From an uncultured Prevotellaceae bacterium (GTDB lineage: Bacteria > Bacteroidota > Bacteroidia > Bacteroidales > Bacteroidaceae): 64,000 nt of DNA. Where the stretch lies: assembly GCA_963769405.1 (NCBI GenBank), contig CAVYLQ010000009.1, positions 161,905-225,904 of the forward strand. Direction: 5' to 3'. Both the position numbers and the translations under genes were made by a program. Below are positions 39,822-50,124 of this stretch, piece by piece (the first letter of the stretch is position 1; each line of letters starts with the position of its first letter). Below the pieces are notes generated by a model. It ran no database searches. It was not told the origin of the DNA and worked only from the letters and a program-made list of their open reading frames with translations.

Positions 39822-41420
39822 TTATTTGATTATACTACGATTATTACGCATTAGGTTTGTAATAGAACCACGGTTAAACTCGATAGTAGCGTTAGGTACC
39901 GGGACCACCCATGCGCCCTGATCTTTGTTATACGACTGGAGTACATAATATCCGGTAAGGAAGTTTACATTCGAATTAGCATCATACGTATAAGCCGGGT
40001 GCTTGATAGTGAAATCGGCAGACAAAGGGAATTTACTGTTTACAGAATAACGGCGCAAGTCGAACCAGCGATGACCCTCAAAACATAATTCAAGACGACG
40101 CTCTGTTCTGATAAAATTGACCAGTTGCTTCTGGTCTGTCGGAATATCATTCAATTGAGCTCCGGTTATTCTGTTAGCCCTCAAATTCTGTAATGTAGTG
40201 CGTGCGTCATCAATTTTGCCCATCATGGCAAGAGCTTCAGCCTTATTGAGCACGACCTCGGCATACCTGATACAGAATATATCCGAAACGAGTTCAGGAT
40301 CATTATAAGTCCGCCAAGTCTTATACTTATTAGGCAACGGAGCATGATTTACAGACGATTCTTTGAAGAATACTTTTCGGCGCAAATCGTTAGAGTTGTA
40401 TTTCTCGATCAGGTCGTTAGAAGCCTTAAAACAGCTAGCCCTATCGTTATCCCCATTCCATGCCGAAACAGAGTCGTTGATAAATACCGCTGCTGTAATA
40501 TTGCCACCTACTGTAAAAATAACTTCTTTAGAAGATCTGCCAAGGAAATTTGGGCTATTACCAAATGTTCGTAAATCTGTAAGAGAATAACTAAGATCGT
40601 TGAATGCATTCGAGGCGTCTATTACATCCTGATATTTCTCCATGTATAAAGCTACCCGACTCTGAAGAGCTTTGACAGCACCAATACCTACACGCAGTTT
40701 CGAATCAGGCGTATAATTGCCAATATTCTGTTCTGCTGACTTAAGGTCGGCCCAAATCTGATTATAGACCTTCTCATTGGTAGAACGTGTAAAATACTTA
40801 TCCTCTACATTTGGAGATGTCTTTAATGGCACACTGAAGTCTTGCGCAGCTGAAGCTGGAGAATAAGGCAATCCATAAACATTAGCCAGATAGAAGTAGT
40901 ATAAGGCACGCAAGAAATAAGCCTCGCCACATATATGATCAAGGAGGACCTCTTCTTTGGGATTCTTACCTTTTAAATTTTCTCCCTGATAGATAATAGA
41001 GTTAATGACACCTATGCAGGCATATAGTTTAGTCCATTGTGTATCATTCCATTGCTGAGACTGCACATTAGAGCATGGATTGGTACTCCAGTTGGCCATA
41101 GCGCTCAACATATAATAAGGTGTGCCCTGGTCGGGAGTGACATAATCTTGCAAGAAAGCCTCGGCATCATCATCCATAAGCTGAAGCCATGGAAAATGCA
41201 TACTATTATTATCTGCTGATGCCAAGAATGTTTTATCCATTGTTACCTGATTAGAAATAGAGGGTTGATAAACACCAAGAAAACCCTGTCCTACCATTAG
41301 TAAATTAAGATCGTTGGCGGTTTCGCAATAACGTTGGTCAGTAGAATACTCATCAAGAAAACCACTACATGAAATGAAGAGTATTGAAAATAAAAAGACA
41401 CATATTAATAACTTTTTCAT
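39822..41420 (-). CDS. SusD/RagB family lipoprotein
   Basis: Lipobox FIS-C; GEAYFLRALYYFYLANVYG; RYAEVVLNKAEALA; ERRLELCFEGHRWFDLRR. Confidence 0.93.
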   Translation of the reverse strand: MKKLLICVFLFSILFISCSGFLDEYSTDQRYCETANDLNLLMVGQGFLGVYQPSISNQVTMDKTFLASADNNSMHFPWLQLMDDDAEAFLQDYVTPDQGTPYYMLSAMANWSTNPCSNVQSQQWNDTQWTKLYACIGVINSIIYQGENLKGKNPKEEVLLDHICGEAYFLRALYYFYLANVYGLPYSPASAAQDFSVPLKTSPNVEDKYFTRSTNEKVYNQIWADLKSAEQNIGNYTPDSKLRVGIGAVKALQSRVALYMEKYQDVIDASNAFNDLSYSLTDLRTFGNSPNFLGRSSKEVIFTVGGNITAAVFINDSVSAWNGDNDRASCFKASNDLIEKYNSNDLRRKVFFKESSVNHAPLPNKYKTWRTYNDPELVSDIFCIRYAEVVLNKAEALAMMGKIDDARTTLQNLRANRITGAQLNDIPTDQKQLVNFIRTERRLELCFEGHRWFDLRRYSVNSKFPLSADFTIKHPAYTYDANSNVNFLTGYYVLQSYNKDQGAWVVPVPNATIEFNRGSITNLMRNNRSIIK

Positions 41421-41434
41421 ACTATACTATTCCT

Positions 41435-44400
41435 TTATATCACGAAGTTAATGTTAAATGTAAAAGTAGGACGTATAGAAAGGTTGATCTGTGGAGACGA
41501 ACCATTCTGAGTAGGGTCCTGACCCTTTAATTTGCTACTGCAAATTGTGAAGAGGTTGTTACACACCAGGCTCACATAAAGAGACTGCAATCCCATCTTT
41601 CTTACCAGTTTTTCTTCCACATTATATCTGAAAGCAAGTGACTGTAATTTGAGATAATTGCCACTGACAACTCTGATATTAGAATTGTCGTACATATCAT
41701 ATATTGATCCTGCAAATCTGTATGCACTGGCGGAATAATCTTGCCACCATGGAGTATTAAGAGTACTGCTTGCTACAAGACCTGGAATATTAGTATATGC
41801 CTCATCTCCAGGTTTACGCCAACGGTAGATAAATTCTTTACGCAAGTTCTGCTGAGGATAAATCACACTAGAAGCATAGCCTGAACAAATTTTCAACAGA
41901 CGTATCTTATTACCCAAAGAATATGTAAAATTAAAAGACAAACCGAAGTTGCCGTATCCTAAATAGTTGTTTACACTACCCTGTATATAAGGTTCACGCT
42001 GACCAGATTCTTCCATAACTTGCATAAACACCTCATCGGGAGTCATATTGGCATATTTAGCCATAAGAGCAGCCTTGTTAGCATCTTCTGCTCCGTAGAA
42101 GATAGGTGAACCGTCTTTAGGACTTAATCCCTCAAACTTATAAGAATAGAATGTACTTATAGGTTTATTAGACAACTCTACATTACCTGTAAGATAGTCG
42201 TTGTAAGTAACCACATCATGCATTGTATGTGTCTTATTGTTGATGGCACGGTTGATGACCTTATTCAACACCTCACCAATCTGAGGATCAATACGCCATA
42301 CAAATCCGCGTTTACCTCCGCCAATGTTAGCATTATTGATAGGAGTAAAACTCAAAGAGATCTCAACACCCTGGTTGTTTAAAGAACCACCATTCACCAC
42401 ATATTGGTTGATACCATTAATATCCGAAATGGTCTTTGTCAAGAAAGCATCTTTTGTATGCTTGTAGAAATAAGAGAATGTACCACGTATCTTATTATCA
42501 AGAAGGATAAAGTCAAGACCAACATTATAAGATGAAGTCTTTTCCCATTTCAAATTCGGGTTAGGATATCGATATATTGTGGCATAATTAGAATTATATA
42601 TTGGGTCGGTAAGCGTAGATTGCTGGATAATCATCTTAGCTGTCTGTCCAGGCAACATGTTTCCTTGCCATCCCCAAGAAGCTCTCAAGGAAGCATCATC
42701 AACCCATTTGGTATTCTTTAGAATATTTTTCTTCATATTCCATCGTCCAGAAACAGCCCAGATAGGAGAGAACTTCTCATTGGCTCGTGAACCGAAAAGA
42801 TTAGATCGTTCAGCACGTAGATGCAGATTGAATATATAGATGTCTTTAAAACCATAACCGGCTGTAGCATACCATGCCAGTTCATTAGTCAATTGACGTG
42901 TTCTATAACCCAAAGCTTCTTTACTACTCATAAACTGTGAATAATATCCACTATCATCTGTTGGTACCGCATCAAAATAACCTCCGAACTCTGTAAAATA
43001 ACCACGACGTGTAATATCAAAACCTTTATATTCGGTAGATTTAGCTTCAATACCCGCAGAAGATGTGATAAGATAATTACCTTTACTACCAAGAGTTTTC
43101 ATAAAGTTGGCTTGCAGACGTACTGTATAGTCGTCATTCTTAGTATCCTGACGTTTCAACTCTCCACCTACAGGACACTGGTCCCAACGAGGAGTCTGAT
43201 CACCTCTTAAATTATATATATAATATGTATCTTTAGTATAATATTGTTCACGAGTTGTATTAGAGATATTATATGCCAGAAGTGCATCGATATTCAGACA
43301 AGACAGAATACCGTATCTAATCTGCGAATGCATGCTGATGCCATTAGTTTCAGAACCATCACCAGAATTGGCCATCTCGTTTAGGATATTAAATTCATAA
43401 CGCTGACCAGTTGTATTAACTTTAGGATAATAGAATAATGATCCATCAGAATTATAAGCAGGCATGGCTCTGCTGGTATTATAAGCGTAATCCATTACCC
43501 CAAGTTCTTGAGGAGAGTATTTACGCTTAGAATAGTTGGCTTGCAACTGGAACTGTGCATTAAATTTTCTATACGTTGCTGTCAAGTTGAGCATACTGGA
43601 ATAACGCTCATTTTTCTCTTGTTTGATAACTCCATTTTCTATACCATACCCAAGTGAAGCATAATATTTTATATTAGGAGAACCACCAGAAAGGCTCACT
43701 GTATGATTGTGTGAAAAAGAATTGTGTGTAAGCAATCCTAACCAATCAGTATTGACAGAACGATAATAGTCTGACTCCTTTTTAAAATCTGAATAATTCA
43801 ACTTTCCACTATAATAATCCTGAACAGCTTGTTCATAGCCAGACCACTGAGTCACATTATTATAATACATCTTTCGGTCTATAAGTTCCTGACTGACGTC
43901 AGTACGCTCTGCCGAGTTCATCATATATACATCACGGTCAGAATACCTAGGCCGGCTAGTATAGGTAAAGTTACCATTATAACTAATAGAGGGCTTGCCT
44001 ACGGTACCCTTCTTTGTCGTAATCACAATAACACCATTACCGGCTTTTGCGCCGTAAAGAGCCGTGGCTGAAGCATCTTTTAAGACATCAATCTGCTGAA
44101 TATCATTCGGATTCAATCCCGATATAGCATTACCCAAAAGATTAACGAAGTCCGGATCATTAATCTGTTGAGGATCAACGTTTACAGGGTCAGAAAGAAC
44201 TATGCCATCAAGTACCCACAACGGTTCGCGGTTACCAAGAATAGTTGATGTACCACGCACACGGAGACTAGGAGATGCTCCAACCTGACCTGAATTCTGC
44301 GTGAATATCATACCTGGTACTTTACCTTCAAGCATCTGATCAATGGTTGTCATTCCGGGGTTATTGATATCCTCCATTTTAAGAGTTGTAACTGCCGAAG

Positions 44401-45037
44401 TTAGTTTTGAGCGGTCAATGGTCTGATATCCTGTTATGACCACATCATCTACAGGCTTTATATCTTCTTCCAGCATAACATTGATAATAGGACTATTGCA
44501 GACAATAATTTTAGTTTTCATACCGATAAAACTAAACTTCAAAGCATCCTCCTCATGTACACTGATACGATAATTACCATCAGCATTAGTTATGACACTC
44601 TGCTTCCCACCTACTATACTGATGTTTACACCTGGAAGAGCTTCCTTGTTTGTATCAGTTACATGACCATAAACCAAAACTTCTTTCTTCTGTAACATTA
44701 TCCTGCGAATTACTGCGGTATGCCCTTGCCATACAACTTCAAGCCCCATTGGTCTATATAATCTTTCCAAGAAAGAACTTACCGTCTCATTTCGTGCAGA
44801 TATTGAGGCCTTCTTATTCCGAAGAAGTGCTGTGTTGTATATATAACTAATACCTGTTTTCCCCTGTACATTCTCCATAATAGAGGTAACCTTTGTATTT
44901 TTAAAGTTACATGTTATTCTCTCATTCTGTGCCAACACAAACTGTAACGAGCAACATAACATACCTAAAGACATAATAAGTTTTTTCCTTCTCAGCAGCC
45001 TATAGAGAAGCCCTAAACGTATTGATTTCTTCTTCAT
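41435..45037 (-). CDS. SusC/RagA family TonB-dependent transporter with N-terminal STN extension
   Basis: GNREPLWVLDG; IDVLKDASATALYGAKAGNGVIVITTKKG; NPNLKWEKTSSYNVGLD; SGNYLKLQSL; terminal FNINFVI. Confidence 0.95.
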   Translation of the reverse strand: MKKKSIRLGLLYRLLRRKKLIMSLGMLCCSLQFVLAQNERITCNFKNTKVTSIMENVQGKTGISYIYNTALLRNKKASISARNETVSSFLERLYRPMGLEVVWQGHTAVIRRIMLQKKEVLVYGHVTDTNKEALPGVNISIVGGKQSVITNADGNYRISVHEEDALKFSFIGMKTKIIVCNSPIINVMLEEDIKPVDDVVITGYQTIDRSKLTSAVTTLKMEDINNPGMTTIDQMLEGKVPGMIFTQNSGQVGASPSLRVRGTSTILGNREPLWVLDGIVLSDPVNVDPQQINDPDFVNLLGNAISGLNPNDIQQIDVLKDASATALYGAKAGNGVIVITTKKGTVGKPSISYNGNFTYTSRPRYSDRDVYMMNSAERTDVSQELIDRKMYYNNVTQWSGYEQAVQDYYSGKLNYSDFKKESDYYRSVNTDWLGLLTHNSFSHNHTVSLSGGSPNIKYYASLGYGIENGVIKQEKNERYSSMLNLTATYRKFNAQFQLQANYSKRKYSPQELGVMDYAYNTSRAMPAYNSDGSLFYYPKVNTTGQRYEFNILNEMANSGDGSETNGISMHSQIRYGILSCLNIDALLAYNISNTTREQYYTKDTYYIYNLRGDQTPRWDQCPVGGELKRQDTKNDDYTVRLQANFMKTLGSKGNYLITSSAGIEAKSTEYKGFDITRRGYFTEFGGYFDAVPTDDSGYYSQFMSSKEALGYRTRQLTNELAWYATAGYGFKDIYIFNLHLRAERSNLFGSRANEKFSPIWAVSGRWNMKKNILKNTKWVDDASLRASWGWQGNMLPGQTAKMIIQQSTLTDPIYNSNYATIYRYPNPNLKWEKTSSYNVGLDFILLDNKIRGTFSYFYKHTKDAFLTKTISDINGINQYVVNGGSLNNQGVEISLSFTPINNANIGGGKRGFVWRIDPQIGEVLNKVINRAINNKTHTMHDVVTYNDYLTGNVELSNKPISTFYSYKFEGLSPKDGSPIFYGAEDANKAALMAKYANMTPDEVFMQVMEESGQREPYIQGSVNNYLGYGNFGLSFNFTYSLGNKIRLLKICSGYASSVIYPQQNLRKEFIYRWRKPGDEAYTNIPGLVASSTLNTPWWQDYSASAYRFAGSIYDMYDNSNIRVVSGNYLKLQSLAFRYNVEEKLVRKMGLQSLYVSLVCNNLFTICSSKLKGQDPTQNGSSPQINLSIRPTFTFNINFVI

Positions 45038-45097
45038 CTAGTAATAATTGTTAAAAAATTAATCTCTCTTAATTAAGTTATTATATTATTTATTCGT

Positions 45098-46201
45098 TCA
45101 TTTTATTATAATGGTCTTGTTGTGTATTTCATATTCAAACTCTTGAGTAAGCCCTATTACCTTCATGAAGTCTCCTACTGATTCTGTACGCTTGCACTCA
45201 CCTGTGAATCTTATATCACGTACATCTTTTTGATATACTACTTTTACATCATAAATTCTTTCTATATCGTCCATTATATCACAAAGACTGTCATCAGTAA
45301 AATAAATAAAACCATCTTTCCAGGCCGCTGTCTGTTTATTGTATATTTGGTTGACGCTTATCTGATTACCTGATTTCACAATCTGTTCGCCAGGCGACAA
45401 CTCTACTTTACGTCCATTATTTTCATAACGAACCTTACCTGTATAAAGTGCAATGCTTGCCTTATCACCACTATAAGCACATACATTAAATGTAGTACCC
45501 AGTACATTAACAGCTCCTGCAGGACATGTAACTTTAAAAGGACGTCCGTCTTTCTTCACTTCAAAGTAAGCCTCTCCTCTTAAATAAACTTCTCTTGTAG
45601 AAGTGAAATGATTGGGAAATCTCAAGGTAGAACCTGAATTAAGACTTACCATACTGCCATCAGGAAGTGATACTTGATATTGGCGCCCACAAGGAATAAC
45701 AAGTTCTAACATCTCTACCGGAACATTGTCTCCATCATCATTGAGAGCAATAGAACTTTGTCCCACAGTTGCACTCAAACCAGCCTTAGTCAAATTTTGG
45801 CCGGCTTTAGAAAGAACAACAACCTTGCCATTAGCTAATCTTATCATAGGTAATGAATCAGATAGTGCAGGGATTTTCTTTTTCAACATCGCAACAACTT
45901 CAGGGCTTTGCTGTTGTCTTGTATAATGAGGATGAAATAAGAAAAAGGTTATCAATAACATTGCTGCTACTGCCCCAACAGTAGCAAACTTCCAATAGGA
46001 ATTGTTTTTGAAAGAATGCACTTTACTTAAAAACTGATTATAAGCAACATCTGTATTAACTTCCAAATAAGCATGAATACGATCAGAGACTTTCTTACTA
46101 TTGTAAAAGGCTCTCACCGCTTTCAACTTATCATCACTTTGCGGTTCATCCTTCTCAATGGATTCAACAGCTTTAAAGAAGTCATCTTTTAATTCTTTCA
46201 T
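45098..46201 (-). CDS. FecR family anti-sigma factor
   Basis: TM, then LPDGSMVSLNSGSTL, VYLRGEAYFEV, VLGTTFNV, AWKDG, IERIYDV. Confidence 0.92.
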   Translation of the reverse strand: MKELKDDFFKAVESIEKDEPQSDDKLKAVRAFYNSKKVSDRIHAYLEVNTDVAYNQFLSKVHSFKNNSYWKFATVGAVAAMLLITFFLFHPHYTRQQQSPEVVAMLKKKIPALSDSLPMIRLANGKVVVLSKAGQNLTKAGLSATVGQSSIALNDDGDNVPVEMLELVIPCGRQYQVSLPDGSMVSLNSGSTLRFPNHFTSTREVYLRGEAYFEVKKDGRPFKVTCPAGAVNVLGTTFNVCAYSGDKASIALYTGKVRYENNGRKVELSPGEQIVKSGNQISVNQIYNKQTAAWKDGFIYFTDDSLCDIMDDIERIYDVKVVYQKDVRDIRFTGECKRTESVGDFMKVIGLTQEFEYEIHNKTIIIK

Positions 46202-46309
46202 ACTTTCACTCTTTTAATGTTATTATGCAAAAAACAAAAAAAGTATTACTGAAAATAGGAAAAAGATGACAAAAAAGTGTTTCTATAGTCGAAACAATAA
46301 CATTATGAT

Positions 46310-46843
46310 CTAAAGAAAGAATAAAATTGGGTTATCTTTTGTAGCTTTTCTAAGGGAATCCATGGCTTTTGCCTTTACAGCTTTTACTGTATTTACACTA
46401 ATATTCAACATTTCGGCTATTTCTTTGCCACTCTTACCATCTATAGAAAGAAGCATTATTTGTCGTCTTCTCTCTGGAAGCTTTTGTATTTCTTCATATA
46501 GACGTCTAACAAGTTCTTCCTTAACTGTCTCTGAAAAACTATCATCAGTCAACTGCAGATCCATATTATCTGTTATCTCGACATGTTCACGGGTTTTTCG
46601 AAGATGATACAAGGAATTATTATATATAGCTTTATAAAGATAATAAGTAAGGTGTTTTTGAGAATCAAATTTATAGTCACTAACCCAAAGGTTAAGAAGT
46701 GTTTCTTGTACTATATCTTTGGCTAATTCCAAATCATGCAGATAGTTCGTTGCATAACAACATAAAGGCGCATAATATACATCAAAAAGAACTTCCCAAT
46801 TCTTTTCGTCACGCGCATTTATTTTCTCTATTACCAAAGCCAT
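46310..46843 (-). CDS. ECF sigma-70 factor (Bacteroides expansion type)
   Basis: YYAPLCCYA, AKDIVQETLLNLW, LPERRRQI, KEIAEMLNISVNTVK. Confidence 0.92.
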   Translation of the reverse strand: MALVIEKINARDEKNWEVLFDVYYAPLCCYATNYLHDLELAKDIVQETLLNLWVSDYKFDSQKHLTYYLYKAIYNNSLYHLRKTREHVEITDNMDLQLTDDSFSETVKEELVRRLYEEIQKLPERRRQIMLLSIDGKSGKEIAEMLNISVNTVKAVKAKAMDSLRKATKDNPILFFL

Positions 46844-47166
46844 AATATTTTACAAAGTTAAATAATTTTCCATAATACACAAAAGAAACATACCTTTTTT
46901 AGTATTTTCATTAAATAACTTATCTATATGTAGAGCGGCATTTATCTTATCTGGATTATCAAGTTAACAAAATAATTATCAAGTACTTATATCTTTCCAC
47001 ACATTCTAACCTCAATATGGTTTACGGGAATATTGTTACATGTAATATCTTGGTCTCAAGAGTATAATTATGGCCATTTTAAATGTAAAATATTTATAAA
47101 CAAAAACTATAATGACTATGACTGGATTTGGTAATTCTTTTTAAATTTAATTGAAAAAGGTGGTTA

Positions 47167-47686
47167 TTATCCAACAGGGAATTTCAATTTACTTGTATCA
47201 TAGCCTCTTTGCCTGGCTTCTACGAGAATGGTGTCATAGATCTCTTTCGGCAAACTTTTATTTCTTGACAAAATCCATAGATAATTGGAATTTCCGGCAC
47301 CTACTAATGCCCACTGATAATCAGCATCTATCATTAAGACCCTATAATCTGAATAGAATTTCCAAAAGAACGAGACACGTAGCAAACCAGGAATTGAAGT
47401 GACTTTTGCATGACCGATTATTTTACTTCTCTTTTTCTTCCGGAGCATTCCATCCTGAATTCTCCACTTTTATCGTTCCATCTTCTTTCAAGATATATTC
47501 TGCTGCCACATCTGTCAGACCACGTTCAAAATAATGATCCATACGTGCCACTTCATGCCAAAGACCGAGATACCGTTTCAGATCAAAGTGTTTTACTGGC
47601 TCCAGATCTAACTTTTCTTGTTTGTCTCTTCGAAAAAAACTCATCCTTTTCATCATTTGTGTCCTCCTTATATTTAGGTTCATCAT
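47167..47686 (-). pseudogene. blc: Lipocalin (Blc-like), frameshifted
   Basis: FDLKRYLGLWHEVAR (GxW motif)...NSGWNA. An extra C in GCTCCGG (about 47440) shifts the frame; second part RKKKRSKIIGHAK...LRVSFFW...DADYQWALVG...YLWILSR. Confidence 0.8.
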
Positions 47687-47780
47687 TTGTTTATATCATT
47701 TTTATTGAAATATTTTCATCTAACCGGTATATACAAACTGGAATACAGAGACTTAATCTTGAGAACAATCAGCCTATACA

Positions 47781-48563
47781 TTAAAGATTAACCCATCTGT
47801 TATTGATAAGTTGTATACGGCTAAATATCTTATAGGACAGAAAGTAGTTCAGTCCTGCAAAGACAAGAAACATCAGGGTTATAATAACTCCCTCATCCAT
47901 TAAAGCTATCTCAAAATCGGACCACACCACAATAATTCCTAAGACTAAAAGGAGGAAAGAAGTTACAATCCAGGCACACTTACGAAAAACGGTACCACCA
48001 AGAGTATAGACAGAATGCATCCATATCATCCATATCAATACCAATATATAACCTCTCTCATAACATGACTTAAAGCCTCCTGCGTACCAATCGAAAGATA
48101 TATAATGATTTTCTAAAATATCTGTGCTGATCAAGCCAGTTTGAGATACCGGATACCGAAACATAGAAACAATCCATTGGATAAGGTCGGCTGCAATCTG
48201 TGCAACAACGACACAAAGTGTATAAAAAACAGTAACCATGACGATGCGCGCTAGGAACTTCTCCAGATTTGTAGCCGGCAGCATCAAATAATCCAGTGAA
48301 CTCTTCCTGTTTTTCATATTTGATAGAATCCACGAAGGAGTAAGAAATAGAAAAACAAGAAATATGCCAAAAGTAACTCCAGCAGCACTATTAAGACGGT
48401 CCGGAAACGAGATACTGGAAGAAAAGAACAGATTTGTACCAAGAAGATATATAGCCAGAAAAGCGATAAAGAATCCCAAGGTAATCTTCGTCAAGGTAGA
48501 CTTATTGTAATATACTGTCCATTTCAGTACTTTTCCGAAACGATGAATATTAAATGTTTTCAT
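47781..48563 (-). CDS. ABC transporter permease-like membrane protein (YtrA-operon type)
   Basis: About 6 TM segments and YLMLPATNLEKFL motif; downstream of the ABC ATPase. Confidence 0.78.
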   Translation of the reverse strand: MKTFNIHRFGKVLKWTVYYNKSTLTKITLGFFIAFLAIYLLGTNLFFSSSISFPDRLNSAAGVTFGIFLVFLFLTPSWILSNMKNRKSSLDYLMLPATNLEKFLARIVMVTVFYTLCVVVAQIAADLIQWIVSMFRYPVSQTGLISTDILENHYISFDWYAGGFKSCYERGYILVLIWMIWMHSVYTLGGTVFRKCAWIVTSFLLLVLGIIVVWSDFEIALMDEGVIITLMFLVFAGLNYFLSYKIFSRIQLINNRWVNL

Positions 48564-48581
48564 AATGTATGCTATTAAAAA

Positions 48582-49403
48582 TTAATAATTTAACTTCCCT
48601 TTGGTTGTTGCATTGAAAAAGAGCTCCAGATTAAGGGTTGTCTCCTCTTCCTCTGGTTTGCGGAGGGATATAGTCGCATTACCTTGAAAAGAAGGCTCTG
48701 CATATAGGACATCGTCGATCTCCTGTGCACTGCGAAAAGTAAAGGTATACTTGCTGGTAATATCAGCGACAGAAGAATTGACAAGGACCTGTGAATTATC
48801 TAATATAATAATGTGGTCCAACAGACTTTCTAAATCATGAACCTGATGAGTGGAGATAATAAGAGTACTATCCTCTGTCACGTTCCGAGTAACGACCTTA
48901 CGGAACAAACTCTTCGACGGAATATCGAGACCGTTGGTCGGCTCATCCATAAACAGATATCTGGTGCCTGAAGCCAACGCAAAACTCATATAGATTTTCT
49001 TCTTCTGACCCATGGAGAGTTCCTTAAGATTCGGTTCCTCCGGCAATTCAAAGTCTCTCAGACAATTTCTGAGTACTTCTATATTGAAATGTGGATAGAA
49101 ACTCTCATTCATCTTAATAAACTCCCTCAGGGTTACCGGAGGCATATCGTACTCTTCCGGTACGATAAAAATGTCCTGCAAAACAGAAGGTTGACGATTC
49201 TTGGAGGGAATACCATCAATAAGGATCTCTCCACTTTCAGGACGAAGGAGCCCTGAGATGAGATAGAGCAATGTACTCTTACCCATACTATTCTTGCCCA
49301 GCAAACCATAGATATGGTTACTTTCCAATGAAAAACTCAGATTTTCAAAAACAGGATGCTTGCTGCCTGGATATTTAAAACTGATATGATTGATTTCGAT
49401 CAT
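48582..49403 (-). CDS. ABC transporter ATP-binding protein
   Basis: GLLGKNSMGKST, LSMGQKKK, FMDEPTNGLD, ISTHQV. Confidence 0.92.
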   Translation of the reverse strand: MIEINHISFKYPGSKHPVFENLSFSLESNHIYGLLGKNSMGKSTLLYLISGLLRPESGEILIDGIPSKNRQPSVLQDIFIVPEEYDMPPVTLREFIKMNESFYPHFNIEVLRNCLRDFELPEEPNLKELSMGQKKKIYMSFALASGTRYLFMDEPTNGLDIPSKSLFRKVVTRNVTEDSTLIISTHQVHDLESLLDHIIILDNSQVLVNSSVADITSKYTFTFRSAQEIDDVLYAEPSFQGNATISLRKPEEEETTLNLELFFNATTKGKLNY

Positions 49404-49468
49404 AATATTTCTGTTTTTTAATGTTCAAATAAATATTGTTGATGTTAACTGTCAAAGTGCCATTCTGA

Positions 49469-49846
49469 TTATCTATCAAGAACAGGATTATTCTTGCTCT
49501 TAAGCCATTCATTTTCAATGTCCCGGATATTGATGTCAAGAAGTTTCATCTGCCGGAAAAGTTCGGGAAGAGTCTCCTCAAGAAAAGCTTTCTTACGAGA
49601 GGCTATGATTAAATCTCTTGCACCTTCATTAACGAAATAACCCAGACCTCTCTTATTATATACAACATGTTCGCGGGCAAGCATGTCATAGGCCTTAACA
49701 ACTGTATTTGTATTAACTTCTAACATAACTGCATATTCCCTGACACTTGGTATACGGTCATGGACGGCATATTTTCCCGATACGATCTCATCGCACAGGC
49801 GATCTGCCATCTGGACATATATTGCTTTGTTATTATTAAAATTCAT
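49469..49846 (-). CDS. GntR family regulator, YtrA subfamily
   Basis: 125 aa; IPSVREYAVMLEVNTNTVVKAY, KRGLGYFV; short C-domain; heads an ABC operon. Confidence 0.9.
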   Translation of the reverse strand: MNFNNNKAIYVQMADRLCDEIVSGKYAVHDRIPSVREYAVMLEVNTNTVVKAYDMLAREHVVYNKRGLGYFVNEGARDLIIASRKKAFLEETLPELFRQMKLLDINIRDIENEWLKSKNNPVLDR

Positions 49847-50090
49847 AAGTTCAATATTTATATTGCGTTATTTCTACTTTAATTTCTCGTATAGCAGATT
49901 CAAATGTAAATTCATGACAAGCATAATATCAATATTCTGTCATCAATCACTATTAGAAGAGGAATTACTCAGATTAGAAAATACCATTCTTCTGTTGCTG
50001 CTGTTATAATTAATTTCATAATAATATTCTTTATTGACCCACATTACTGAATCCTGAGTTATTGTTATTATTTATCTTATTCATTCGTAA

Positions 50091-50124
50091 TAGTGTACTA
50101 TACCAGTATAACACTACAAATATA
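50091..50124 (-). promoter_or_regulatory. Promoter -7 box with abutting probable YtrA operator
   Basis: Minus-strand TATATTTG (50124-50117) followed directly by TAGTGTTATACTGGTATAGTACACTA. A second site shares TAGTGTACTA-N4-AGT at 50248-50270. Confidence 0.6.
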
